DNA of 64,000 nucleotides from Camelus ferus (Eukaryota). The stretch spans positions 59,956,001-60,020,000 of the forward strand of contig NC_045696.1 in NCBI RefSeq assembly GCF_009834535.1, in the 5' to 3' direction. Below the pieces are notes generated by a model. The model was not told where the DNA came from. It did not search any database and was given only the letters and a program-made list of their open reading frames with translations. This document shows, piece after piece, positions 40,656 to 54,058 of this stretch (position 1 is its first letter; each line of letters opens with the position of its first letter). A program made the position numbers and the translations under genes.

Positions 40656-43449
40656 CAAAACAAAAAATCCTGCTTAAAGTAGAGGAAACTTTTTCTTTCT
40701 GTTTTCTTTTCCTCCAGGCTTGTTCTGGAACAATAACCTTGCCTTGGTGAAGTACTTCACATATTATTCTGAGACTTGTCCTTGACTTGTCCCGTATAAG
40801 GCTGGTAAAGTTCTACATTTCACTCAGCAAATATCTATTACGAGGTGTGGGATGGAGGGGGGGCAGGGAGCAGGGCAAAGGAGGAAACACAAAAGCATTT
40901 CTAAAAATATGTAATGGAGAAACCAACCATTACATACCTGACCGCCTTCCCCAGAGTCAGGGGGGCATCCACCTGAGGTAAGTATGCACTTGGTGAACTG
41001 GAAATGTTGCTGGCTGTGACACACCATTCCTCCCTCCCCTAAATAAATAAATATCTGGGCTTTGCCTGTAGTTATCTTTATAAATAATGAAATTTTCAAA
41101 AGTTTAAGAGCACCATTGGCTTCAAGGGTTTTCATATTTGAGAAATATGTTCAGAAGGTTCCAGAGCTCTAGGAATTCGTATTTTTCATATCTTCTCCTA
41201 GTCTTCATCTTTACAGACTGAAACATCCTCACAGCTTGGCTGTGTCTTCACAGGGCAGCCAGCCCCTCCATCACCTTGACCTCCACAATGGGCTCTCCAC
41301 CACTACACCTTCCACAGGACCAGAGCTACACACAGCGCCGTGACTTTGTACAAACAAAGGATCATATTTCCCATGTTATTTCCAATACTGGATACTGAAT
41401 CATAATGCTTAGCAAGAGATGTGACTATACCAAATAAGACTTCCTTTTTCTTTAATTGAGCACACTCTGAGCTTTATATATAAACAGGCATTGTGCATAA
41501 ATTTAATGCCAGGAGAACTTTGCCCAAGGAGGCTGCCCTCACTCAAATCACTTCCTGAAATACTTTCTGGGGTCTGTTTCAAAACCCAGTTGGTAAGTCA
41601 AACCAAACAATAGTCTCTCTGCCTCAGAGTCACACCTTAAGTCTGATTTTAAAAACCAGAATTAAAACTGTGACATCTCTGGCTTTGTGTGACTGCCAAC
41701 TCTTCCCTAAATGAAATCCATCATAAAGAATGAGGATTTGCCACAATCAAGGTTATTTCTTGGAGGAAGCACCACAGGCTCTGAGAGCAACTCTAGATGA
41801 GGAATTTCAAAATAAAAGTTAAAAACCTCCCGTGATGACAACCCGCAAACTATGAACTTTCGGAGGTGTGGATTTCAGTCCTTGTTTTCAAAAGTTATTG
41901 AGTGAAAACAGTACACAATAATAAATACATTATAAGTATACGAAAAATATGAACACATGAATAAAGACAGAAGATCTAGTGAAAACGAAAGATAATACTG
42001 TGTTAAAGTGGATGATTTTTCAAGAATTCTCTTGAAGTCACCATTATAGTGTTACTATGATAAAAAGGAAAATACACCATTTCTCTTAGTCAGTAACCAC
42101 TTCTATCCTACACTGTGTTCTGGTACCTTAATAGTGTACAACTCCTACATCCCCTTCCAGGTCAGAGCCCTTGACCCTGAGCCTGACTCCTCATGATGAG
42201 AATTCATCTTTCCCCAGAGGACACCACCGAACATCTGCCCCCAGAGACTCAGCCACCTCTTTTCTACCCACGCGCACAGCTCTGTAAGGGCTCCCTTCTC
42301 GCTCTCAACACCGTATGTCACTCAGCGAAAGGCTAAGCATGCCTTCCAGTGAGATGACTTGTGGAAACAGTAACTTCAACTCATCCCAGCACTGGTCCCT
42401 GAGACGTCCAGCAGTTCATGCTGCTCTACGCAGCCGGGCCACTTACGCCCTCTTTTGTTTCTCATTTCCAGGATAATTCAACAGGCAAGATAAAACAGTT
42501 CTCAAACACACAGTAACTCAGAGTTCTGCCTAACAACAACAACAAGAAGCATTACTGAGTGCTCACGATGGACAGGGCTGAGCTGGACCCATTTCTGAGA
42601 CAGCAGACTCTCTGTCCAAATCTAGATGTGGCTGACTCCAAATCGGCATCTTTGGCCATTACTCTTTGAAAACAGTAACTAAACATTCTTAAAGTGCATT
42701 TTTACAAGAAGTATCGCTTAAGCCTCTGAGCATGGCCTGAGGACTGAGGGTGACGAAGACTCTCAGGTGCTAAAGGGAGGAGCAGCTTGCCCCGGGCCCC
42801 CAAGCTAGGGCCACAGCCAGAACTAGAACCCAGGATGGCCAACCAGATCCCTCATCTTTCCACTGGCCCAGTCGCCCTGAAGTCTGAATAAACCACCTGG
42901 AAATCGTTATTGCCAGGGGTTTCCTAGACAGTGAGAAAGACAAGGCTAAAAATCAACGGGCTTTGAGGGGAAAAGCTGTCTTCTCTCAACAATGTGATGC
43001 TTTCCAATTTGGCCACATTCACATCCTCCTTGACATCGCAAGGAGCCTAACATGTAGATGTGAGATGACAAAAGTGGTGCACACGAAACAACCATGAGCT
43101 GCACTGTCACAAAGACCTATGACTGAGTCAGGTTCCCGCTAACTGGGAGACCTTGGGCACGTGGCTCCTCAGGTGTAAACTCTATCAGCTGTCTTTGGGT
43201 AGGTCAAGTATTTAGCACATAGTAGGCACGCAGAAACTGTTCCCTTATATCACAATCAACTCCAGGGCTGGCTGAGGCCCCAGGGTCATAAAAAAAAATC
43301 TCTACTCTGAAGAGTAGAACACCACCCATTAAAATGGGATTTGCTAACAGGGAAAAAAATACTTTCTCCTGGAAGCAGCATGTTTCCTGAGAAACTTGTA
43401 TTAGCTAGGGAGTAAACTTATACCAGCATTCTCCCCTAAAAAACAAGAA

Positions 43450-43928
43450 CATTATTCACAATAGTTGAAAGGTGGAAACAACTCGAGTCCCTCAGTGGAT
43501 GATGAATGGATAAACAAAATGTACCCTTACACACAACGGAGCACTATGCAGCTTGAAAAGGAAGGGAATTGTGACTCCCACCACAACATGGAGGAACCTG
43601 GAGGACACTATGCTCAGTGAAACAAGCCAGTCACAAAAGGACAAATACATGTGTGAGTGCACTTATCTGACGCAGGTACCTCGAGTAATCAAGCTCACAG
43701 AGACAGAAGGTGGAAAGGTGGTTGCCAGGGCTGCGGGTGGAGAGGGAGTGAGGAGTTAGTGTTCAGTGGGTCCAGAGTTTCACTCTGGGATAATAAATTT
43801 CTGCAAACGGATAGTGGTGATAGTTATACAACATTGTGAGTATACTTAATGCCAATGAACTACACACTTAAAAATGGTTACAGTGGATAATTGTATGTTG
43901 CATATATTTCAACACAATTTTAAAAAAT
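43450..43928 (+). mobile_element. Old LINE-1 3' fragment (L1MB-like)
   Basis: GATGAATGGATAAACAAAATGT, CTCAGTGAAACAAGCCAGTCACAAAAGGACAAATAC, TACACACTTAAAAATGGTTA motifs. Confidence 0.78.
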
Positions 43929-44059
43929 AGCAGAGATATTCCATCCGTCTACAAAGGCCTTGGAGCCTGCATCCTGGGGTCTGGGGACACTGTGCCATGG
44001 CGCTCTCCCCTCCCGGCTCATCCTCCCAGCAGGAGCGGGTACACCCCGAGGGCACTCAC

Positions 44060-44264
44060 CAGGCCGCAGGTTCACCGTGACCTCCTGCGGCGTCATCTGG
44101 ATGACATCGGACCCCGCGGGGCTGGAGCCCTTGCTGCTGAGAGGCTGGCTCCGCAGGACCTGGGTGCTGCTGACTGGGCTCTCGAACTCGCCACCACAGC
44201 TGTTCCTGACCAGGTTGGCCCTCAGATCACAGCGGGAGGTGACCGACCGCAGGCTGCCGAAGTC
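44060..44264 (-). CDS. ITGB5: ITGB5 exon 3 ([30 protein letters not shown]...[15 protein letters not shown]), 205 nt
   Basis: Translated by hand (not listed as a minus-strand ORF in the track); acceptor CTCCAG| and donor CTG|GTGAGT; integrin-beta RCD and QxxPQ..LRPG motifs; phases fit exons 2 and 4. Confidence 0.96.
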
Positions 44265-45649
44265 CTGGAGGCACAGAGACGGGGAAGAGGGTGGGAGGCG
44301 GCCAGGGCATCTCAGAACACCTCAGGCTGTGGACTCCTCAACATCCCTCGACCTTAAACCCTCCACATTCCACCTCCTAAAAAGGGACAAAACAATATTC
44401 CCCACCCCAAATGCCTCACCACGCAGCACGAGGACTGAGTGGCTAGACTGAAAGTACTTCGTCAAGTTGTAAACGCATAATAAAAATGTTTAGTTTCGTT
44501 GTTATTTTAATGGTCAAAATGCTCCCTTTAAAAATGTCCCTGTCTACATGATTAGCAGAAGAAAGTAACTGAGCTGCAAAAGCTGCAAAACTAAAAGTCT
44601 GTGAAAGATGCCATATAAGTGGCTGAGCAGTCGTCACTCAATGAAGAATTAACTTCTGTGCTGCTCCCTCATCCACCAAGCAGCCACAACTATTCTGGAG
44701 AGTAATGTGGTGACATACATTGTACCCCTGACTCCACAGTCTCCTCTTAGGAATTTATCACAAGAAAATTATCAAAAGGAATGCAAAACTTTGTAAGAAG
44801 ATATATACTGCATGTTCCTTAGAACAGCACAATCATACACTTGTAAGCCAAATCCCTAAATCCTTTAAAAAAAAAAAAAGGATATCACCTCAGTAGATGA
44901 TACAGCCATTATACATAATTATGAAGACTAAGCAGAAATTTCTAAACATTTATACTAGAGGAAAAAAATCAGAAAATAGAATTGTATCTGCAGGTTCAAA
45001 AGAAAAATTTTAAATGAAGATGGATGAGGTATTAGGGAAGAGGGAATAAAATGATATTTTTCTTTTTAATCTTTACTGTTGTTTAAACAATAAAGCTACA
45101 TTGATAAGAAGAACCTGTCTTAAATTGGATTTAGGAGAAGGCTGGGCTTCAGGACGACCCACCCTAATTTGGTACACAAGGAGTTTGGGCCATTTACTTG
45201 AAAATGAAATTATATACTTTGTTATATCAAGTATGATACCTGTAAGCATTGATCATTTTCCAGGAAGGGAGTTTTCAATGGCAAAGCAAACCCTCTCAGT
45301 GCTGGATGGAGAAAACAAATTACCTTTCTAGCTGGCTAGATGCTAGTGCCAGACCGGAGTGCTGGCTGGAGGAGTCAGATGCTCTCTTCCTCCCCCTCCT
45401 CCTGCCCCCCTACCCAAAACACTTTGCCAAAAAGCCTCAAGCGTCCCCTGACCGCAGAGGCACAAACACGCAGAAGGACCCCCCTTCATTGTGTCTAGTT
45501 TGCCCCAAGACTAGCCAGTGCCCATTAGGGCCTTTGCAAGATTCAAGAGCAGGAAGTCAAGAAGACTTCGCAGTATTTTTAAATAAGTAAAAACAGATGT
45601 GTTGCTCTGGGCTCCTGTGATTTTGTTTGTTTGCTTATTTATAACTGAA

Positions 45650-47298
45650 ACTCTTTTTTAAAATTTTATTTTATGTGTTGAACCCTTGACATGGCAGGAG
45701 ATCTTGCCTGTCAACAACCTCTAGCAGGGCACTGTAGGCGGAAGAAGTGGCTCCACAGACATGTGGAGCAAGGTGGGAAAAGTGATTACGCCAGCTTAAA
45801 ATAATTATTCTTGAAACTACAAGATTTCAAGGCCAGGGTTTCTAAACTGGGTTCCAAATGACCAAGGTTGGCTCTGATATAATAATTCTAATAAAGCAGT
45901 AAAAAAAAAAAAAAAAAAAGACAACACAGAGATGTGGGAAAGGAGAGTTAACTTCCTAAGGGCCCTACAGATATCAGTCTGCCGTCCTAAACTCTGAAGC
46001 AGAGGCTAAATTAGCTGTTGGGAGCTGAAAGGGCTCAGGGGCTCATCTGCTCAGAGCTTACTTGGCTAGAGGATTTCTGAACTTCTTGCCGGCACACCAG
46101 GCCTTGCTGCCAGCTCCTCCAGTTCTGAGGAGCTGGCTGTCCTCCACCCAGTTCTGATTGTCAAAGTGCACCTGTTTTGACCAGACCAGTGCATATCCCC
46201 ACCACCAGGCTGTCAAGGAAAGAATCTTTAGTCTCCCCAGAGCAGTGGGAACCCCCAGCACCCTACCCGATGGTTTGGAGCAACTTGCATTCCAGAATAG
46301 ACCAGGTCACAGAGCCAATCTGCTTCACCTAAATCGGGAGGCAGCTGCATGATTCCTCATCCAAGGCATCAGCCATTCGCTTCCTCAAGATCATCCCCTA
46401 ATGCCTGGATACCTGCACCAGCAATGAACTTCATCCAAGCTTCCCAGTCATCCTGCTCAAAGGCTGTTTTTGATAGACGCTCCCAGTCCCTGAGGGAGGA
46501 CTTCAGGGCCTCCTCCTGGTCCGGGAAGATGTACCCGCCAGGCTCATCAGGAGACTTCAAGTCCAGGTCATACTTCCCAAACCTGAAGAACTCAGAGGCA
46601 GCCAAACAGTGCCAGTGACAACCTTGTTGGCATAGCTGGCTTTCCTGACAGTACTCTGGGGCTTCTTTGCTCCCAAGGATGTTAGGGGCAAAGCCCTCTG
46701 CATTCTTCTCGTTGGTAGCAGCTTTCCCTTATTTGTCCTTAGTAACATTCTTCAAGGTTGTGGCAAACCTCCACTCCAATGCACGTGGCTTCCTTGACAT
46801 TTGAAGGACCAGCACGGAAGATCATGAACTCCTGTCACCTGGTTGCCAGCATGAGAACTACCTCTGACCACATTAAAACTGCACCTTGCAGGATGACTTC
46901 AGAAGTGCCAACCACGTCAGCAAGGTGACAGCACAGGGAGCCCCCTTCTCCACAGCTCCAGCTTCACTGGCAGTAAGGGACAGCCTATGACAGCACTCGT
47001 ACCAAATTCAGACTTAGGCTCAGAGCCATCCTTCTCTATCCTGTTTGTCAACCTTCTTACTCCTCCGGGCAGCCCCAGTGGTTTCACTGACATGCTCGAC
47101 AGCCTGTGAGATACCTTTACCTACATACTGAGTCCTGTCATTGTCCCAGAGCTTTAGGGCCTCAAAGACACCAGCTGAGGCACCTCTGGGTATGGCAGGT
47201 CTGAAGAACCTTTTGAGAGTAAGGCAGCTACCTCGACATCTATGAAGGATCCCCTCAAGGGTTGAAGGTCTCTCATGAAGGAGTCTGAAAACAGCCAT
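45650..47298 (-). pseudogene. Processed alpha-enolase (ENO1) pseudogene in ITGB5 intron 2 (CDS remnant 46058-47298 plus 3'UTR)
   Basis: Intronless, frameshifted fragments RGASAGVFEALKLWDNDRTQYVGKGISQAVEHV, AASEFFRFGKYDLDLKSPD, FEQDDWEAW and the ENO1-type C-terminus FRNPLAK*; catalytic SHRSGETED is degraded to SHCSGETKD; 3'UTR-like sequence ends in AATAAA at 45670-45665 with A-rich remnants. Confidence 0.93.
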
Positions 47299-50200
47299 GA
47301 CTGATTTCTGGTACGAGCTCTGGTTGCCCAAGGAAAGGACAGAGAGCGCTGCCGACCCAGCAGGGAGGGTTGACCCCACAAGCCCAAGAGCTTCTCCTCT
47401 ATTCCCCTGGGTTCCTCTCTAGATATTTTAATTCTGAATAAGAACAGATACATATTTAAAGAGAGGAAACCAAAACCACAAAGACCAGGGGCATGTACTG
47501 TGGTGGTTATGACCTTCCAAGTACACAAACACTATAAATAAACACAATGCCTCAATACCTCCATTTCCAAGCTCCAAATTCAATGAATACAGACACTCCA
47601 AATGATAAACCTTTGGAGGAAAGGAAGACTTGTGATTAAGAAAATCCTCCTCACATGAGTGACGTCTTGAAATCTCATGTGCTAAGAGCCTTCAGCTCCC
47701 AGAGACCGGACACCTGAGCCTCTGCCAGTGTCAGAATACAGCAAGTTCCAGGGGGAAGGGATCCTGGATGCATCCCTGGCACCAGCCCATCATGTCTACA
47801 GATGAGGAACCAGAGGCCCACATGCCTAGGTCCATGCATATGTTCACCTGAGAAGTTTAAGTTCCTCTGGCCTCAGCTTTCTGGACCCAAGTTCAGTGTT
47901 CTTTGCCTCATCTGCTCCTCTTCTCACCCAGGGTCATCGCTGAATCTCACCGCAGGAAACTAACTCGGCCCAGACTCCAACCCACTGAATTTCGTTACTT
48001 CCTTGCTGCCTTAGATGCTGAGCTCTTCCTGCCACCTATCAAACTTGGAGGATAAACATCCACCTGATGCAGAAAAACAGGTATGAGATTTCATCTCAAC
48101 ATGGAAAAATGGAAACTCGTTTCACGGTGGGCGTCTCATGGGGCAGCTCAAATGTTCACAGGTGCTCACAGCGCTCTACACTGGAAGAGAGTTGATGATG
48201 GAGGTGTCTGTCCATGGTCTCCAGAAACACCGTCATCAGCGGACTCACAAAGGGTAACTGCACTGCAGGCAAATTACCAAGAGAAGCAACAGAACAGGAA
48301 CTTGAAACATCTTTCTTAGCTTTTAGTCACTAAGTGGTAATAAAATAAAGAAAAGAGAGGCCTTCCAAATTTTGATGACTCTTTCTTACAACACCAGCAT
48401 TTGGAGTTGTTACAACCTGGCCCTCTCTGCTCCCTCAGTCACCTATTACAGAGAGGATATAATGAGGTCTACTGTTTGCTGTAACAATGTAACACTTAAC
48501 TCCCCTACATTTTTGTCAATCAGACCTCCCTCTTGCAGCCAAGGCCAGCGCTCGGCAGGCTCTCAGCTGTCCTGGCACCGCAGCCAGCGCGCTCAGGCTT
48601 GTCGTCTGCACCACACCAGTCAGCACGTCCTCCGTGTGCCACGCTGCCCGCTGTGGAAGGCCAAAACTCAAAAGAGATGTGGGTGGTATTTGGGAGAAAG
48701 GATGGGGTTTTGTTTGTTTCTGAAACAGCAGGGTGGAAGAGTTGAGAAACTGCAGGCCTTGGGGAAAGAGGAATGAACCCAAGCAGGAAAGGGAGCAGCG
48801 GCTGATCCCTGGACTGAAGGAGCAGAGAAGCGGGCAGGGGCAGGGAGCTGGCTGCCCTGTGAGGCTACAGCCCTGGCTCAGCAGAGCCCTTGGGGATTTG
48901 GGGGTGGGGGGGAGGGGAGAAGGTAAGTGATGACAAACTGAAATCTGTGCACCATCAACACCACCACATGTGCTGCCTGCCCCGGGGATAGAGAAATCCC
49001 TGTCAGCTTCCACTTGGCTCCCTTAATGCACCGGACAAATAAATGCTTACAAAGCACCAGCAACAGGCCGAGATGTTTCCTCTCATGACCACAAAGAGAT
49101 GTTCTCTCAGAGATCCGTGTTTCATTGTGAGCTGGAGTGGATGCTCATGGTTTTACTTTCTGCCCAGCTCAAAGGAGAATGTACATAATTTGTCCTCCAC
49201 TTTCCCTGCCACCATAATTCCCCAGGAGGTCCAGTCGGGTTGGTCTTGCTTCCCAGCCCCTGATCTGTTCCCTTCCTCCTGTTCCTGCTTCCAGCCCTCC
49301 CATTCCTGCCTCCAGCCCTCTCGATCCCTTCATTCCTTTCCCACGTCCACTCCGAGGCAAAGACCCTCCACTGCAGCCCAGGCTCCCCTAGTCTCCCATG
49401 CCGCATCCTACATCCACGATCCAAGTGCCACAGGCCTCCTGTTCTCATCCCTGCGGGACTCCAGCTTCCACAGGGCAGCCTTGCCTGCCTGGTCCTTCTG
49501 GTTTCATAGAAGCCTGGACTGCCCAAGGCCAGATCACCTCAAGGTGTCCCCCTTTCACACCAACAGGCTCCCCTCTCCCCCAGCCCTGAGAGCAATCGCC
49601 CTGCCTGCCTGTCTCCTCTGGCTCCAGGCTCCCAGCTCTCACAACCCTGCTTTCTGTCCTGGGGGAACACCGGTCCCTCAGCCCCACCCACTCCTCCCAA
49701 AACACTGTCCTGCATCACACCCGCTGCCCTCTTGGCCTATAGCAAGAAGCCCCTGCCCCTTTCCCCCTGGGCACACAGCTAAATGAAGTCTCCCAGCTCC
49801 TGCTGCACTTAGGCACAGCGAAGCGCCAGTTTCAGAGAGAAAATGTAAGTGGAAATAACGCGGGCTGCCCCCAGGCTTTGCCATACAAGCATCCACACAT
49901 TCTCCCCACACACACCTCTTCACAGCTCGCTGGGCTGTGAAACCCACTCTCTCAGAGTAGAGGCAAACTTCTACTTTAAAAAGTGAGGGGCAAAATAGAT
50001 ACTAACCCATCAGATCTTGTCATCCGTTTTATGCTGTGTGGTACAAACAGGACCGGGAGTGTTCAAGCCGGCCCGGAACAGCACAGGGCCATGACCAAGG
50101 ACGAGGGACAGGGGCTGAGCTGTGTGGTGCAGACAGGCAGCCCTCACCCCACACATCCTCGATTCGGGGTAGGGGAGAGTCTGGCAACTCTGGTCTTGGA

Positions 50201-53140
50201 GCCAGAGGGTCAGGTCTGAAGCCAAGGAAACCAGTTAGGAAATGAGGACAGGTGAGCCAGGTTAACAGGCCATGCAGCAGGACGAGGTAGACAGAACCAG
50301 CGTGAAGTGCTGTGCAGGGGGCGGTGAGGGCACCGGCGGACTCAAACTCCACTCCTGTGGGAGCACACGGTAACAGGAGGGGGACTGGAGAGAGGAGGTG
50401 GAATTGGGTCACAAGTGGTGTTTAATTCAGAGTAAGGAGTTCCCACCCCCACCTCAAGTAAATAAGGTAGCCATTGTGGGATCTGGAACAGGGGAGCCCC
50501 AGTGGAATGTGTTCTGGGGTTAATCCGGGGTGGTATGCAGCCACAGGGTGGGCAGGCATATCAGAATCCCCAAGAACCCACTGGTTAGGGACTCGGCCCT
50601 CCCTGGCTGTCCACTCAGTACCAGCCCTCTGTGCACACACGTCATGTGCTCTTGGCACATACCTTACTTCTCTGATGGCATCCCAGGAAGTATGGTTAAG
50701 GCACTCAGCCACACTCACCCTGTCCTGCTAGGGGTAGAGGTTGATCAAAACCATTCCTGAACTCCCCTAACTCAGCTCCCTGGAACACACTCAGGCCCTG
50801 GGGGCAGCTCACTCCAAAGAGGATGGGAAGCCTCATTCCCAAGCAGGCAGCACAGGAGGTCCTACAGCCAAGACTGAGGCTCTTCCTAAGCACGGGGGGA
50901 GCCCAGTGGGCAGCAGGGCGGCCCAGCTGTGGGCGAGGACAGTGGTCAGCTCCTTGGGATGAGGTCAGTCACCACCAGTATCAGGCCGTCAGACCTGTGA
51001 AGTGCCAGCACAGGAAAGGAAGGAACCTCAAGTGGACAGTTCAGACGGCTTCCAGCTCCCCTGCCCACATTTCACTAGAAAATACCTACCGATGACAAGG
51101 TTCAGGAGGCCTGGCTAATCAGCAGCCCCAAGCACAAGCCCTCTCATGAACTGACCTCATTTTGTGCCCCCAGTAATGCTGGAGGGTGGGGACTGCCACC
51201 TTCATTTGACCTATCAAGAAACTGGGAGTAAGTCATGGTAAAACTGAGACAAACTTTGGTTGTCTAACTCCATGTCTTTTTAGCAGACCTTACCAAATAG
51301 GAATTCATGCCAGATTCTTGGCTAGATCTGAAGATGAATAAGACATAGTTTAGAGACTCAAGAAGATGATGTTTTAATTGGTAACAAGCGTGAAAACAAA
51401 TGCATAGAATAAGAAGTTGCAGGTGCTATGGAAGGAGGACAGACTATGGGGAGACAGAGAGGTGGTCATGGTGTGTTCATGCAGACACGTAATGAACAGC
51501 CGCCCAACAAAGGCCTTCCATGAATATTACTAAGCAACAACTATCTGCCAGGCATCATTCTGAGTGTGGGGGTGTCCAGCAGTGAAGAAAACAGATAAAA
51601 CCCCTGCCCTGACCTTCTGGTGAAAGGGGCTTACATTCTCATTTGAGATGGATGGATAGATGGACGGACGGATAGGTGGTTGGGCAGACAGACAGATGAG
51701 TCTGGGGGGAACCACAAAAGTCTTCATAGAGTACATGAGTCTTGAACTGATTCTTGAAAACTGGAAGGCAAGGTGTTGGTCAGGGGAAGGAGGGGGAAGG
51801 CCCCCAGGAGAAGCAGCATCACAGGGAAAACCACAAGGGTGCTCATCAGTCTGGGCTCTCTGGGGACCTTCAGGTCATTCCCTGGGGCTGAAGTGCTGGA
51901 GGCAAGCAAAGGATGAAAGTGGGGAGGCAGGGGCCATGGAACCTGGATTTGTCATGCAGGTCAGGAAGGAACCACTGGCAGGTTTAGAGAAAGTTCATAA
52001 CAAAGACTACAATTAAGCACAAATACAACCAAGAGTTCATGTATTGGGAAGAATTCTCTCTCAAAGCGGCTTGGTTAGGAATCTCACTCTACTAGAAAAC
52101 ATTCTAGAACAGTCACATGTAACAGGCAGTGCAGCCTAGAGGAAAGGGCCTGTGCGCAGAAGTCCCAGAAGCCAGACTCAAACCCTAGCCTTGGAACACA
52201 GTGTGGCCTTGAAACAGTCACTTAATCTCTCTGAGACTCAGACTTGCATCAATAAAACAGGTGTATTACCACCCACCACACAGAGCTGTTGTGAGGATTA
52301 GAGACAAGATGTACAAAGAGTGTGGCATCAAGTAGGGGTCCCCACAGGATCATTTTTAGCCACCACAGGCAAAAGGAACCCCTAGACCTCTGGGGCAGCA
52401 TCACGGCGAAGAGGCCCGGCCCGCCAGGAGCCATCCCTTGGGCCTCCTGCACAGCACACACTGTAAGCAGCGGCTGAGCCAGTCTAAAACAGCAAGTCCT
52501 GGGTTCTTTTAAAAATAGCCTTAATGGTGCACCAGTGCAAAGAGGGTTTGTGCCCCATGGTTCTAACAACAGTTTAGAAAAGTGACCCAGAAATCTCCCC
52601 CAAGACGAGAGCTTTAGAAGTTACCATGTCCCGACTAGCCCGCCAAGCACTGCTGATCGTACTGCTTTATGACAGCAATATGCCTGTCACCACCCCAAAC
52701 TTACAGCCCCTCCTATAGGACATGATGAAACAGCAGCCATTCTTTTCAAATAAAATCATTTCATAAAGGCCAATTCCTAACATCCGTCCTCAGATAAGCC
52801 ACTCTAAGATGACTGGTGTCTACCAACGGCCACCCACCCAGGCATGTTTTAAATTGTTATGCGACAGAGTCACTTCACAAGCTCAGGTCTTTTACCAAAT
52901 AGCAGAAAACTATACAAGAGTTGTGACTGGTTCCCCTACAAAAGGGAAGGAAGGCCTTGCTTCCCTAAAACAGGATTGAAACATTCAGCACTACCTGAGA
53001 CCCAATTCATGTTATAAAAAAGCAGCTTCTCTTTCACCACTGTCCTGGCAGGAAGAGGTAGTCTGCAGCATCTGAACACACTTTCTCTGCAGAGTCAACG
53101 TGTGTGTGGTAGTGCAGCCCACCCACCCTCGCCCACATAC

Positions 53141-53226
53141 CTCTTTGGAGCACCAGGCACATTTTGGGTGGATCAGCAGACATTCTTCACACGAGGTGGC
53201 ACTTCCACTAGTGCATATGTTCAGAC
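53141..53226 (-). CDS. ITGB5: ITGB5 exon 2 (PSI domain, (G)[28 protein letters not shown]), 86 nt
   Basis: Integrin-beta PSI cysteine pattern CxxCxxxxxxCxWC; T-rich acceptor TTTTTGAAG| and donor GAG|GTATGT. Confidence 0.97.
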
Positions 53227-53753
53227 CTTCAAAAAAAAGATACAGATGCACCAATTAGTTTCTGGCCATAAACCCTACTGATGAGGCTTTTGAGTGGGGT
53301 GGGAGGAGGAGTCACTTCCTTTTGTGACAGGGGGCCTCCGTGAGGCCGAAGGGTGCAGCCCCTGTGCTAACTGCAGTTTCTCACTGACGGTTTCTGAAGC
53401 CCCCATCAACCGTGCACCCTTGTGTTAGCAGCTCCCGTTTCTTCTGCTGCGCCCACTTGGATTTCCACTGCCTTCTCCCGTAACACAGCAGGCCCTCCCT
53501 CACTGAGGGGGCACAAGGCCCTGTACACTTAGTCCAGCTGAAAAGACAAAAATACAAAGGACAAAAAAAAGAAAGAAAAAAGAACAGATAGGTCTTCTTC
53601 AGACATCAGAAAAACCTAAATCGGGTCCTGTCGTCCCAAATCCACAGTGTACCGAAAGAAGCCAGCACAGCCCACAGAGGAGAATGTACCCTGGGAAGAC
53701 AATGCTAGATTAAGATAATGCAACTCCATTAACTCAATACATGTATTAGTAGG

Positions 53754-54058
53754 GGGGAGGGTATAGCTTAATGGTAGAGTGCAGGCCAAGCATGCACTAG
53801 GTTCTGGGTTCAATCCCCAGCACCTCCACTAGAAAAATAAATAAATAAACAAATCCCACCCCCCAAATTTCTTTTTTAATTTTTTTAAATTAAAAAAATA
53901 AATAAATAAAAATTAAAAAGGGGGGAGGATATAGCTCAAGTGGTAAAGCGCATGCTTAGCATGCACAAGGTCCTGGGTTCAATCCCCAGTACCTCTTCAT
54001 AAAATAGTAAATAAATCTAATCGCCTCCCCACCACAAAAAAATTAAAAAACAAACAAA
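53754..54058 (+). mobile_element. Two tRNA-Ala-derived SINEs, the second (about 53920-54037) nested in the tail of the first
   Basis: Two tRNA-like heads with A/B boxes; outer duplication CAATACATGTATTAGTAGG at 53735-53753 and 54059-54077; inner duplication AAAAATTAAAAA at 53908-53919 and 54038-54049. Confidence 0.88.

Noticed and set aside
46058..47379. Functional nested enolase gene
   Set aside because: Homology is split over several frames with stops and deletions, and the catalytic SHRSGE motif is mutated
49043..49786. 247-aa Ser/Pro-rich plus-strand ORF
   Set aside because: Arises from pyrimidine-rich intronic sequence, likely old repeat; no domain or exon structure recognised
53754..53995. 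tRNA-Ala genes (also about 35147-35220)
   Set aside because: Degenerate acceptor stems, shared non-tRNA body, A-rich tails and TSDs identify them as SINEs
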